Notes: generated by a model not told the origin, from the sequence alone. A DNA stretch of 35,138 nucleotides from Zetaproteobacteria bacterium (GCA_021545625.1 JAJRVH010000222.1:1-35138), one strand, 5' to 3'. Positions 1 through 7,159 are shown, counted from the stretch's first letter. Program-made: numbers and translations.

Positions 1-491
1 CTTTGACTGGGCTGCTTACTGTTGTAGATGGCAATCCATGCGTTGTCAGAACCAAAGAATTGAGAACCATCGAACCCTACCACCTTGGTTTTAACTACCC
101 CCTCCAAACCAAGATCTCTCACCAGAGTATCCGCGATATTCTTAAGAGACTTTGACACATCACTTCTGTGTTTGAAATAAAAGAAGGTATAAAATAACTT
201 AAAGTATGTGTTCCATGCATGCACAATATTTGTTGGGTGTTGTTGATTTTCCTCTAGTTTGATTGATTCAATAGTGTCCTTATCAATTGAGCCCTCTTTA
301 AGAAGATGATTTGCTACCTTCAAGCGGATTTGATTGATCTTCTCGGGATTGCGACTCTTCAGATCACCGCAATACAGTTTGATATTTTGTTTATCCAGCT
401 CATTCAATCGCTCAACAACAAGTTCATCATTATCAATCAATTCACCAAGCCTTTTGGCAACATCAATGACAGTAAAAATATTCTTTTCCAT
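1..491 (-). CDS. Hypothetical protein, N-terminal 163 codons only (gene runs off the left edge). AT-rich and probably foreign. Weak resemblance to the N-terminal module of McrB-type restriction/defence ATPases.
   Basis: Not in the supplied ORF track, because there is no stop inside the window. My reverse-complement translation from ATG 491-489 stays open to position 1: MEKNIFTVIDVAKRLGELIDNDELVVERLNELDKQNIKLYCGDLKSRNPEKINQIRLKVANHLLKEGSIDKDTIESIKLEENQQHPTNIVHAWNTYFKLFYTFFYFKHRSDVSKSLKNIADTLVRDLGLEGVVKTKVVGFDGSQFFGSDNAWIAIYNSKQPSQ. A GGGGG run lies 4 nt upstream of the ATG. The composition is protein-like, unlike the antisense + strand ORFs 306..536 and 334..516. The functional guess rests only on GFDGSQFFGSDNAWIAIYN resembling the G-x-G-N-W-A-x-x-P-W-I-A-I signature I remember from MrcB_N/DUF3578 domains. 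Confidence 0.6.
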   Translation of the reverse strand, partial: MEKNIFTVIDVAKRLGELIDNDELVVERLNELDKQNIKLYCGDLKSRNPEKINQIRLKVANHLLKEGSIDKDTIESIKLEENQQHPTNIVHAWNTYFKLFYTFFYFKHRSDVSKSLKNIADTLVRDLGLEGVVKTKVVGFDGSQFFGSDNAWIAIYNSKQPSQ

Positions 492-527
492 GCGCCCCCT
501 GGGTATCCTCATATAGTCCCTATAGTT

Positions 528-557
528 ATATTCTGAAACCACTCAATGCGATGTCAA
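528..557 (-). promoter_or_regulatory. Candidate sigma70 promoter for the left-edge gene
   Basis: Minus strand reads TTGACA (557-552), an 18-nt spacer, then GAATAT (533-528), about 35 nt upstream of the ATG at 491. The -35 is perfect but the -10 is weak (3/6). Confidence 0.3.
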
Positions 558-657
558 TGAACTCCAACAAACTGCACACGCCATAGTTAAAACAGCCTTA
601 TATCCTTGGGAAGTCCTGCCATATCACACCATTCACCCCATCGGCCTATTGCCGCCG

Positions 658-726
658 ACACCTGTTCAATGACCTGCCATTCTCGCCGGTTTTAAGCCAG
701 CAGACTCACCTACTTTGAACAGGTGT
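658..726. repeat. Perfect 12-bp inverted repeat (acacctgttcaa / ttgaacaggtgt) separated by 45 nt
   Basis: Read directly: 658-669 is the reverse complement of 715-726. It sits in a mid-GC patch between two AT-rich blocks. Confidence 0.8.
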
Positions 727-752
727 GTTTGATCCGGACCCATTCACCTTCA

Positions 753-881
753 TCATTCATCAGGAAGTAGAAATTCAATCAGGAAGTAGAAATTCTTGAA
801 ATGCTCATCCCGGTTCTTAAACTCATTACCCCCCCCATCCATATCTGAAACACGACTCAATAATGTCTCATAAGCTTCCAT
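753..881 (-). CDS. Possible small ORF (42 aa), function unknown
   Basis: The ATG at 881-879 lies 2 nt after the HAD gene's TAA stop (886-884). Translation: MEAYETLLSRVSDMDGGGNEFKNRDEHFKNFYFLIEFLLPDE, stop TGA 755-753. It is the tail of track ORF 753..1040. It contains a G8 tract (829-836) and the 19-bp tandem duplication. No recognisable family and no clear SD. Confidence 0.25.
   Translation of the reverse strand: MEAYETLLSRVSDMDGGGNEFKNRDEHFKNFYFLIEFLLPDE
759..795. repeat. Tandem direct repeat, two copies of atcaggaagtagaaattc with a 19-bp period
   Basis: 759-776 and 778-795 are identical 18-mers separated by a single a (777). Confidence 0.9.
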
Positions 882-883
882 TC

Positions 884-1732
884 TTATCCCTGATAACTGC
901 TCGCCGCCACGGCAATGCGCTCCGACAAACTGCGAACAGCCATGCTCAGAAAGTTCACCAGATCCGATCCCGGCTGATAATTGGCTGCATGCAGGTTTGA
1001 CACCCTGCCATCCATGACAAACCGGAAGGCGTTGCCCCACTTTTCGGTATGCCTGTGATCATAAACCGCGATGGGAACGCCCCCGTGCTGTTTGATCAGC
1101 GAAAAGCATGGAATATCGGTATAACCATCGCCAACGAAAATCATCTGATCCAGCGGAATGCGCACCTGATCCGGCGACACGCGCCTGTTCACTGCAAACG
1201 GCTGACTGCGGGAAGCCTCGCCGATGATCCCTTTCTGAATCTGGAAGAGATAACGCGTCTTGTCGGTGAAGCTGATGATCCGTTTCGGCGTCAGCGCCCT
1301 GCCCTGCTCATCGTAATGAAATTCCGATGCCCATATATCGGCAAATTCGCACGCAACCGCAGTACGGCGCAACACATCCCCGATACCGCTGCTGATCAGG
1401 TAAAACTCAATCGATACGCGCGGATTGGCATCATGCGCAACTGTACGCAGATGCGCAAACAGCTCCCCGACACCATCAAAGAGCGGCAGCATGCTTCCCC
1501 AATCAGTAAGCGATTCGCGCGTTATCGGCGCGATCCTTCCGGCAGCGGAAACCTCGATCATATGATTCAGATAAGCCGGAACCGGATCCCAGCCATCATC
1601 CATCATCGCACCGACCTCTTTCCAGAAGGCCTCGATTTCCTTCAGTCCGGCCTGTTTCAGATAGCCGGTTGTGCTATCCGGCCCCAGCGTATCGTCAAAA
1701 TCAAATACAACAGCGACTCGTTCCTGCATCAT
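884..1732 (-). CDS. HAD-superfamily hydrolase/phosphatase (subfamily IB-like)
   Basis: Track ORF 884..1765 begins at a GTG that overlaps the upstream gene. I prefer ATG 1732 (or 1729), preceded by GAAGAGGA. HAD motif I is FDFDDTL and motif IV is GDGYTD, with a central LISSGIGD. Confidence 0.8.
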   Translation of the reverse strand: MMQERVAVVFDFDDTLGPDSTTGYLKQAGLKEIEAFWKEVGAMMDDGWDPVPAYLNHMIEVSAAGRIAPITRESLTDWGSMLPLFDGVGELFAHLRTVAHDANPRVSIEFYLISSGIGDVLRRTAVACEFADIWASEFHYDEQGRALTPKRIISFTDKTRYLFQIQKGIIGEASRSQPFAVNRRVSPDQVRIPLDQMIFVGDGYTDIPCFSLIKQHGGVPIAVYDHRHTEKWGNAFRFVMDGRVSNLHAANYQPGSDLVNFLSMAVRSLSERIAVAASSYQG

Positions 1733-1739
1733 ATCCTCT

Positions 1740-2015
1740 TCAGCCCGTTGTTTGGCGATAGACACTGATCATCGCCAGCATAACCAGACAACACAAGGCC
1801 CCAAACACGGATAGCGAAGCCATTAACCATTGTTGCAGGTGTATATAATAGGCAGCAAACATGCCGGAAGCGGCGGCAAATACCAGCCACTGCATTCGCG
1901 ACAAACCTTCGACATTCCGTGTCGCATGCGTCATCCGAATCTGATCCACAAACCCCATGGTAAATGCAAAACCGGCGAATAAGGCCGCCAGCTGCCAGAT
2001 ATCTATCGTTGCCAA
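1740..2015 (-). CDS. Small three-helix membrane protein, SemiSWEET/PQ-loop-like
   Basis: 91 aa with a TTG start and three hydrophobic segments. FVDQIRMTHATRNVEGLSRMQW resembles the PQ-loop signature (PQ..k..k..s.egLS) with P replaced by D. Confidence 0.5.
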   Translation of the reverse strand: MATIDIWQLAALFAGFAFTMGFVDQIRMTHATRNVEGLSRMQWLVFAAASGMFAAYYIHLQQWLMASLSVFGALCCLVMLAMISVYRQTTG

Positions 2016-2091
2016 CGACTCGACCCCATCGCTTTTATCCCGCGCCTCCTGCCATCGAATCCGGCATCCTTGCAGTGACTGCCCATTCCAT

Positions 2092-3090
2092 TTACTCCGC
2101 TACCCCCGACAGGGCATCCTCATCCAGGTCGACGGGCGGATATACCTCTGGCCTGACCATGTGCAGTATGCGCCGCCCCTCGTTTTGTTCGAGAAAACAT
2201 GCCGTATCGGCGACACTGAAGAGTTCCGGGAATGCGTCCCGAAGTGCATATTCAGGCGTACAGCCCAGCTGGCGAGCAGGCACCCAGCTGGATACGAGAA
2301 TCGCCACGTTCAGCTCTTCGGCCAATATCCGCAACGCCTCCGGACACAAATGACATTGCAGTTCGATACGATCCAGAACGATGATATCCATACGTTTTCC
2401 GGATTTGTCGAATTGATCGAACCTGTAGCGCAGCGCATCCTCGGTCACTTGATGATCGAAGAGTATCCATAATTTCGATTCGGCCAGCGCGCCGGACGCT
2501 TCCGCCAGTTGCCGCCATGACCGGGCAGACCATTTCCCCCGGCGCATCGTGGCGAGTTTCACGCCGGAACGCATAGCCAGCATATACATGGATACATCCT
2601 CCTCCGCGCGGGTCGAGGAGAATATAGCCCCCACCGGCGACTTGCCATCCGCCCTGGTACTTGCAGCGATACCGGTCGCAGCCTCGAACAGCAACCCGGA
2701 CACACCGCTATCAGCGCGGCCAGCCAGCCATGTCACGGTTCCCTTCTGTATCCCGCCGAGCATAGCATCCAGCACAGCCATGCCTGTATGAAAGATCTCC
2801 CTTTCCCATGGAAAGGTATGATATTCGGCACTCGAGGCATACAGTTCTTCCAGCACTTTATAGTTGGCCACCATCAGATCAGAGAGGGGCTTCATCTCTG
2901 GCAGCCTCCCCCTGCCACTCAACAGCTTTCCGGAAGAACAGCCCAGAATCACTTCCCCCTCTTCCGAATGTTCGAGAATTCGGTTCAGAGCATTCCCTGC
3001 ACCGATTTCATCAAGCCATCTCACGATATCCCGCAGGGGAATTTCATCCAGTCCGAATCGCTCCCCTTCAACATCCAGTGCAATGCGCAT
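2092..3090 (-). CDS. DnaB-C-terminal/RecA-fold-like protein with a degenerate Walker A (probable pseudo-ATPase)
   Basis: Track ORF 2092..3147 starts at a GTG. ATG 3090 has a perfect AGGAGG (3104-3099) 8 nt upstream, so I start there (MRIALDVEG...). FHTGMAVLDAMLGGIQKGTVTWLAGRADSGVSGLLFE aligns with the DnaB tGf..LD..tgGl.pG.L..iaaRPsmGKT block, but the GKT/S is replaced by GVS. IIVLDRIELQ sits at the Walker B/DYLQL position. AEELNVAILVSS sits at the AkEl.vpvialSQ position. Confidence 0.7.
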   Translation of the reverse strand: MRIALDVEGERFGLDEIPLRDIVRWLDEIGAGNALNRILEHSEEGEVILGCSSGKLLSGRGRLPEMKPLSDLMVANYKVLEELYASSAEYHTFPWEREIFHTGMAVLDAMLGGIQKGTVTWLAGRADSGVSGLLFEAATGIAASTRADGKSPVGAIFSSTRAEEDVSMYMLAMRSGVKLATMRRGKWSARSWRQLAEASGALAESKLWILFDHQVTEDALRYRFDQFDKSGKRMDIIVLDRIELQCHLCPEALRILAEELNVAILVSSWVPARQLGCTPEYALRDAFPELFSVADTACFLEQNEGRRILHMVRPEVYPPVDLDEDALSGVAE

Positions 3091-3120
3091 ATATTTATCC
3101 TCCTGCAGGGCCCAGGATAC

Positions 3121-3161
3121 GACACCGTGCGACACCCTGTGTCGCACCCGGCATGATCATA
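3121..3161 (-). promoter_or_regulatory. Candidate -10 (TATGAT) followed by an operator-like cluster of GTGTCG half-sites
   Basis: Minus strand reads TATGAT (3161-3156), then GTGCGACAC-AGG-GTGTCGCAC, a perfect 9-bp inverted repeat (3147-3127), then a third GGTGTCG copy (to 3121). All of this lies 30-70 nt upstream of ATG 3090. Confidence 0.35.
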
Positions 3162-3320
3162 ACAACAAACAGCTTTCCAGAGAAAAACCATGAACAATAC
3201 GTGCGCTAGTCTCTATGAGCGCATCTCGAACAGGCTTTTTCAGCGCTTGTACGAGCTACAAGAGCAGAGAGAAACCGCATGACGCGGCTTCTTTACCTGT
3301 ACCCAATCTGAATAACCAAA

Positions 3321-3349
3321 TAAAAAAGGAGCTGCATGACTGCAGCTCC
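3321..3349 (-). terminator. Rho-independent terminator of tRNA-Glu
   Basis: Minus strand has GGAGCTGCA-GTCA-TGCAGCTCC (9-bp perfect stem) followed by TTTTTTAT, starting 8 nt after the tRNA CCA end. Confidence 0.8.
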
Positions 3350-3357
3350 TTTTCATA

Positions 3358-3434
3358 TGGCGTCCCCAAGGGGATTCGAACCCCTGTTGCCGCCGTGAAA
3401 GGGCGGTGTCCTAGGCCGACTAGACGATGGGGAC
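3358..3434 (-). tRNA. tRNA-Glu (anticodon UUC), CCA encoded
   Basis: The reverse complement reads GTCCCCATCGTCTAGTCGGCCTAGGACACCGCCCTTTCACGGCGGCAACAGGGGTTCGAATCCCCTTGGGGACGCCA. The acceptor stem GTCCCCA/TGGGGAC pairs, the anticodon loop is CTTTCAC, and the T-arm has GGTTCGAATCC. It is near-identical to E. coli tRNA-Glu as I remember it. Confidence 0.97.
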
Positions 3435-3450
3435 CTTCGGGACGCGGCGA

Positions 3451-3478
3451 AGATTAGCGACTGCCCTGCCCGGGTCAA
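3451..3478 (-). promoter_or_regulatory. Candidate sigma70 promoter of tRNA-Glu with a GC-rich discriminator
   Basis: Minus strand reads TTGACC (3478-3473), a 16-nt spacer, TAATCT (3456-3451), then TCGCCGCG. The mature tRNA 5' end lies 16 nt after the -10. Confidence 0.5.
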
Positions 3479-3523
3479 CCAAAAAATGGAGGACGCAAGC
3501 CAAGGCTCGAGCCCGCAGCCGGC

Positions 3524-4186
3524 TTAATGGCGAATCTTCTTTTCCACTTTCTCCAGCAATGCCTTTGCCTCGGCCTTGCGACCGGCATCGGCAATCTCGC
3601 GTCCCGGTCGCGCCGGTGCCGCGATGGCCTTGCGGAAATGGTCGGCGGCTTCCTTGTAGCGACGCGTTTCGTCCATCAGATAGGAGGCCATCCAGAAATG
3701 TGCATCCAGGCCGTCAGGGCTCAGTTCAAGCGCCCTGTTCAGATGCTCCACCGCCTTGTCCTCGTCGCCGAATCCAATCGGCCAGCCCGGCACCTGATAA
3801 TACAGGCTGCCCAGCGTCGTATGGATCGAGGTTTCCAGCTCCCGGTCCGGGTGCATGGCCAGCGCCTCCTCGAGCAGCTTCTTCGCTTCCTTGACCTTGC
3901 CCAGCGCGCCGCCCATCGCGCCGACCTCCCCGCCCAGCGTCGCCAGCGTGATACCGGCCCAGACCTTCGGCCCCGGATTGTCCGGCTGCTTGGCCGCCAG
4001 CGCCTTCGCATCGGTGATCAGCTGTTCATAGGCCGCAACGCGCGCCTTCTTGTCCTGCGTCTGATACTTGATCCTGTCCCAGCGCTGCGCCAGCTGCAGC
4101 GTCGCCTCGTCGGCATGCGCGGCCGTCAGGGCCGGCAGCCCGCCCAGCAGCAGTCCACTCAGCAACAACAATATCCTTTTCATCAT
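3524..4186 (-). CDS. Secreted TPR-like repeat protein (last gene of the hemolysin-family cassette)
   Basis: 220 aa. Signal peptide MMKRILLLLSGLLLGGLPALTAAHA/DE. Helical repeats resemble TPR (EEALAMHPD, LNRALELSPD, FRKAIAAP). AGGAGG lies 5 nt upstream of the ATG, and the gene starts 8 nt after the SDR stop. Confidence 0.75.
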   Translation of the reverse strand: MMKRILLLLSGLLLGGLPALTAAHADEATLQLAQRWDRIKYQTQDKKARVAAYEQLITDAKALAAKQPDNPGPKVWAGITLATLGGEVGAMGGALGKVKEAKKLLEEALAMHPDRELETSIHTTLGSLYYQVPGWPIGFGDEDKAVEHLNRALELSPDGLDAHFWMASYLMDETRRYKEAADHFRKAIAAPARPGREIADAGRKAEAKALLEKVEKKIRH

Positions 4187-4194
4187 TTCCTCCT

Positions 4195-4986
4195 TTAGTC
4201 CTCTTCCCTGGCAAATGTCCGGGCAATCCGGTTCTGGGCCGCCAGCGCCCTGTCGACCAGACGCGGGAGCAGCACATTGATGCCGACGAACAGCGATTCC
4301 GGAAAGCCGATATACACCTCGCGGCGGTCGTTATCGATGGCCCGGATAATCTTGCGCACGACATATTCCGGTTCATCCATGTTCATCTTCGTCGCCTCAC
4401 CCATGCGCATGATGCGGCCGGTGTTCAGCGGCGTTTTCACGGCCCTCGGCGCCACATACATCACGCGGATGCCGGTATCGTTCAGCTCCCGGCGCAGGGC
4501 CTCGGAAAAACCGCGCAGACCGAACTTGCTGGCCGAATAGGCCGTAAAATAGGCAAACGCGATCGAGCCGAAGATCGATCCGACATTGACGATACGCCCC
4601 TGATTGCGCCCGATCATGTCCGGCAATACCGCGCGGGTCAGCTGCATCGCCCCCAGCAGATTGACCTGAACGATGCGTTCGATCATCGCCGGATCCTCCT
4701 CCTCGTAGCAGCGGAAACTCATCATGCCGGCCAGGTTGATCAGCACGTCAACCGGGCCATGCGCCTCTGCGGCTCCGGCCGCGACGGCCGAACAACCGTC
4801 GATCGTCGAAAGGTCGCCGACGATCGCGGCAGTGCCGTCGAGCTCGCCCGCCACCTGCTGCAATGCCTCGGCATTCGCATCGATGAGCGACAGTCGGGCG
4901 CCGCGGGCATGCAGCTCGGCAGCGAGAATGCGCCCCATGCCGCCGGCGGCCCCCGTCAGAAGGATATGTTTGTCCCTGATATTCAC
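4195..4986 (-). CDS. Short-chain dehydrogenase/reductase (SDR)
   Basis: 263 aa. Cofactor motif TGAAGGMG and catalytic YSASK. GTG start in a GTGA overlap with the upstream stop (4983-4986). Confidence 0.9.
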   Translation of the reverse strand: MNIRDKHILLTGAAGGMGRILAAELHARGARLSLIDANAEALQQVAGELDGTAAIVGDLSTIDGCSAVAAGAAEAHGPVDVLINLAGMMSFRCYEEEDPAMIERIVQVNLLGAMQLTRAVLPDMIGRNQGRIVNVGSIFGSIAFAYFTAYSASKFGLRGFSEALRRELNDTGIRVMYVAPRAVKTPLNTGRIMRMGEATKMNMDEPEYVVRKIIRAIDNDRREVYIGFPESLFVGINVLLPRLVDRALAAQNRIARTFAREED

Positions 4987-5657
4987 GTGGATGACTCCTG
5001 TTTGATTGCGATCAGCGGCAGCGAACGAAAGATGTCGCCATAAAGCCTGTAGAACATGCGGGCAGCATGGATCACGGCCTGTTTGTCCGCCTCCGACTCA
5101 AGCCGGTTCATCAGCTTTTCGTAGAAATCGACATGGCCGACATCCAGAGAGCCGTGCGAGGTCAGATATGAAAAGGCCTCCCTGGGCAGCTTCAGCGCTT
5201 TCTGGATATTATCGGCCGCCTGCGTGGCCAGCGCCACGCTCGTGCCCTCGAGCACCAGCACCATGCCGAAGAAACCGACCGGATTACCGCGCTGGATCGT
5301 ATCGTAGGCATAGGCGACCATCAGCTCCGTGGCCGGCATCGGCATGGCGCGGCGCACCGCTTCCCTGTCGCCACCGGCCGCCTCGATATCGTTCAGGATC
5401 CATTCCTGATGCCCGATCTCTTCCTCGATATATTCGCCGATCGCCTCGCGCAGCCACTCCTTTTCCTCAGACAGGCGGGCGCCGGTGGCCATCAGCAGCG
5501 GCACGGTATGCTTCACATGGTGATAGGCCTGCCCCAGAAATGCCAGATAGCTCTCCAGCGACAGCTCTCCCATCGCCCCCATCCGAATGAACGGAATGGA
5601 CAGCAGATCATTGCGCGCCTCCTCGGTAGCGCTCATCAATTCATCGTAAAAACTCAT
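4983..5657 (-). CDS. Heme-oxygenase-like fold iron-containing redox enzyme (TenA/PqqC/CADD-type, HDO-like)
   Basis: 224 aa, all-helical. It has His/Glu-rich motifs typical of this fold (AYHHVKHT, EEEIGHQEW, LEGTS, HGSLDVGHVDF). ATGA overlap with the ligase stop (5654-5657). Confidence 0.65.
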   Translation of the reverse strand: MSFYDELMSATEEARNDLLSIPFIRMGAMGELSLESYLAFLGQAYHHVKHTVPLLMATGARLSEEKEWLREAIGEYIEEEIGHQEWILNDIEAAGGDREAVRRAMPMPATELMVAYAYDTIQRGNPVGFFGMVLVLEGTSVALATQAADNIQKALKLPREAFSYLTSHGSLDVGHVDFYEKLMNRLESEADKQAVIHAARMFYRLYGDIFRSLPLIAIKQESST

Positions 5658-7159
5658 ATATGCTCCTCGTACAGGGCCTCGATCCGGTCGCGATAGGCCT
5701 GGTAAATCTGTGCCCGGCGAGGGCGCCCCGTGCCGGTCAACAGACCGTTGCCGACGCTGAACGGCTCATCGGCCCTCAGCCAGCGCGACACCTGCGCATA
5801 ATCCGGAAGGCGCTCATTGGCAACGACGATGGCCGCATCGACCATCGCTTCGCTGGCGCCCTGACGCGGCACGATCACCGCGACATTGAAAGGCTTCGCC
5901 TCACCGAACACACACACCTGGGCAATCGCCGACTCGATGGCCAGTTCGCGCTCAACCCATTCAGGCGCAACATTACGGCCGAAGGCGGTAATGAACAGAT
6001 GCTTTTTACGCCCGGCAAGGTGCAAAAAGCCCGCTTCATCCAGCCAGCCGATATCGCCGGTCGGCCACCAGGCATCCTGCTGCAGCGGAGGCTTTCCCAG
6101 ATAGCCGGCAAACAGACTGCCGCGCACCAGGATTTCGCCGTCGGCACCGAAGTCGATCTCGACATGAGGCAAGGGCCTGCCGACGCTTCCCGGCAGATTG
6201 TCGCCCGGCCGGTTGACGGCCACGACGCTGGCCGCCTCGGACAGGCCATAGCCTTCGTAAACCGGCAAACCGAGTTCCGATGCCCGGGCCATAAGGTGTT
6301 CGGATACCGGCGCGCCACCGACCGCGATATAACGCAGCTCTGAAGGCTTCGGCATGCCGCCCTCGATGGCCGCGACAAGGCCGTGCAGCATCTGGGGGAT
6401 CATGATGCAGGTCGTGATGCACCTTTCGTTCAACACCGCAGCAAAACGCGCAATATCCAGGCCCGATGCGCCGCTCAGGCCCACTTCGGTCAGCCCCGTC
6501 GCGCATACCGTCGCGCCGGCCAGCAGTGGCGCATACAGTCCGCCGATATTCTCCAGCAGCGTCGCATAGGGCAAGGCAGCCAGATGCCGGTCTTCGCCCT
6601 GGGCATCGGTCGCTCCGGTCAGTGATGCAGCGACCACCTCCATCGCCCGCAGCGAAAGGCAAACGCCCTTCGGCTCGCCGGTGGAGCCCGATGTATAGGT
6701 GATCCTGGCGCAATCCTCCGGCAACGACGACGGCGTGCCCTCGAATACGAATGCCGCAAGATCCTGCGTTCCGGCCGGCACTTGCAGCGGTCGCCCCGTT
6801 TCGATGCCGATGCCCGCGAGCAATGCAGCGCCCTGCTCCGGGTGGTCGCTCAGCAACAATCCGGCGCCGGAGTTTTGCAGCAGATGCCGGATCTGGGCGG
6901 GTGAAAAGAAATGCGGCACCGGAATCATCGTCCGGCCGGCGGCCAGCGCCGCCAGATCGGCGACAGCCCAGGCCGGAGTATTATCGGCCAGCAGCGCCAC
7001 CGGACCGCTCCCAAGCGAACGCAGTTCGCCGGCCAGCGTTTCCACCGCTGCGGCAAGGCGTCCGTAGCTCAGGCTATCGGCGACATCCCGCGCCTGCAGC
7101 GCAATATGCTCCGGACACCCGGCTGCGTGGCGGGCCAGCGCCTCAAGCACCCGGCTCAT
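5654..7159 (-). CDS. AMP-dependent synthetase/ligase (acyl-CoA or acyl-AMP ligase family)
   Basis: 501 aa. Canonical AMP-binding core YTSGSTGEPKG, with later TGD and GRKK motifs. ATGA overlap with the upstream stop (7156-7159). Confidence 0.9.
   Translation of the reverse strand: MSRVLEALARHAAGCPEHIALQARDVADSLSYGRLAAAVETLAGELRSLGSGPVALLADNTPAWAVADLAALAAGRTMIPVPHFFSPAQIRHLLQNSGAGLLLSDHPEQGAALLAGIGIETGRPLQVPAGTQDLAAFVFEGTPSSLPEDCARITYTSGSTGEPKGVCLSLRAMEVVAASLTGATDAQGEDRHLAALPYATLLENIGGLYAPLLAGATVCATGLTEVGLSGASGLDIARFAAVLNERCITTCIMIPQMLHGLVAAIEGGMPKPSELRYIAVGGAPVSEHLMARASELGLPVYEGYGLSEAASVVAVNRPGDNLPGSVGRPLPHVEIDFGADGEILVRGSLFAGYLGKPPLQQDAWWPTGDIGWLDEAGFLHLAGRKKHLFITAFGRNVAPEWVERELAIESAIAQVCVFGEAKPFNVAVIVPRQGASEAMVDAAIVVANERLPDYAQVSRWLRADEPFSVGNGLLTGTGRPRRAQIYQAYRDRIEALYEEHI

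Noticed and set aside
306-536. Plus-strand ORFs 306..536 (76 aa) and 334..516 (60 aa) from the ORF track
   Set aside because: They are antisense to the much longer, protein-like minus-strand frame that starts at ATG 491. Their translations are low-complexity Ile/Leu/Ser/Phe strings typical of AT-rich antisense frames, and neither has an RBS.
753-1040. Full 95-aa minus-strand ORF 753..1040
   Set aside because: Its first 53 codons overlap the 3' end of the well-supported HAD gene in another frame. Only the last 42 codons (from ATG 881) lie in intergenic DNA, and even that part is kept only as a low-confidence feature.
1-3357. A direct repeat of the tRNA-Glu 3' end (att site) marking an island boundary
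   Set aside because: I scanned by eye for GGGGATTCGAACCCC-type fragments in 1-3357 and found none. An island boundary, if it exists, must lie left of the window, so no mobile_element feature is claimed.
3481-3524. Intrinsic terminator directly after the TPR gene
   Set aside because: The region contains a GGCTCGAGCC palindrome and a TTTTTT run. The pairings are short or bulged, and the T-run is separated from any convincing stem. It is not strong enough to call.
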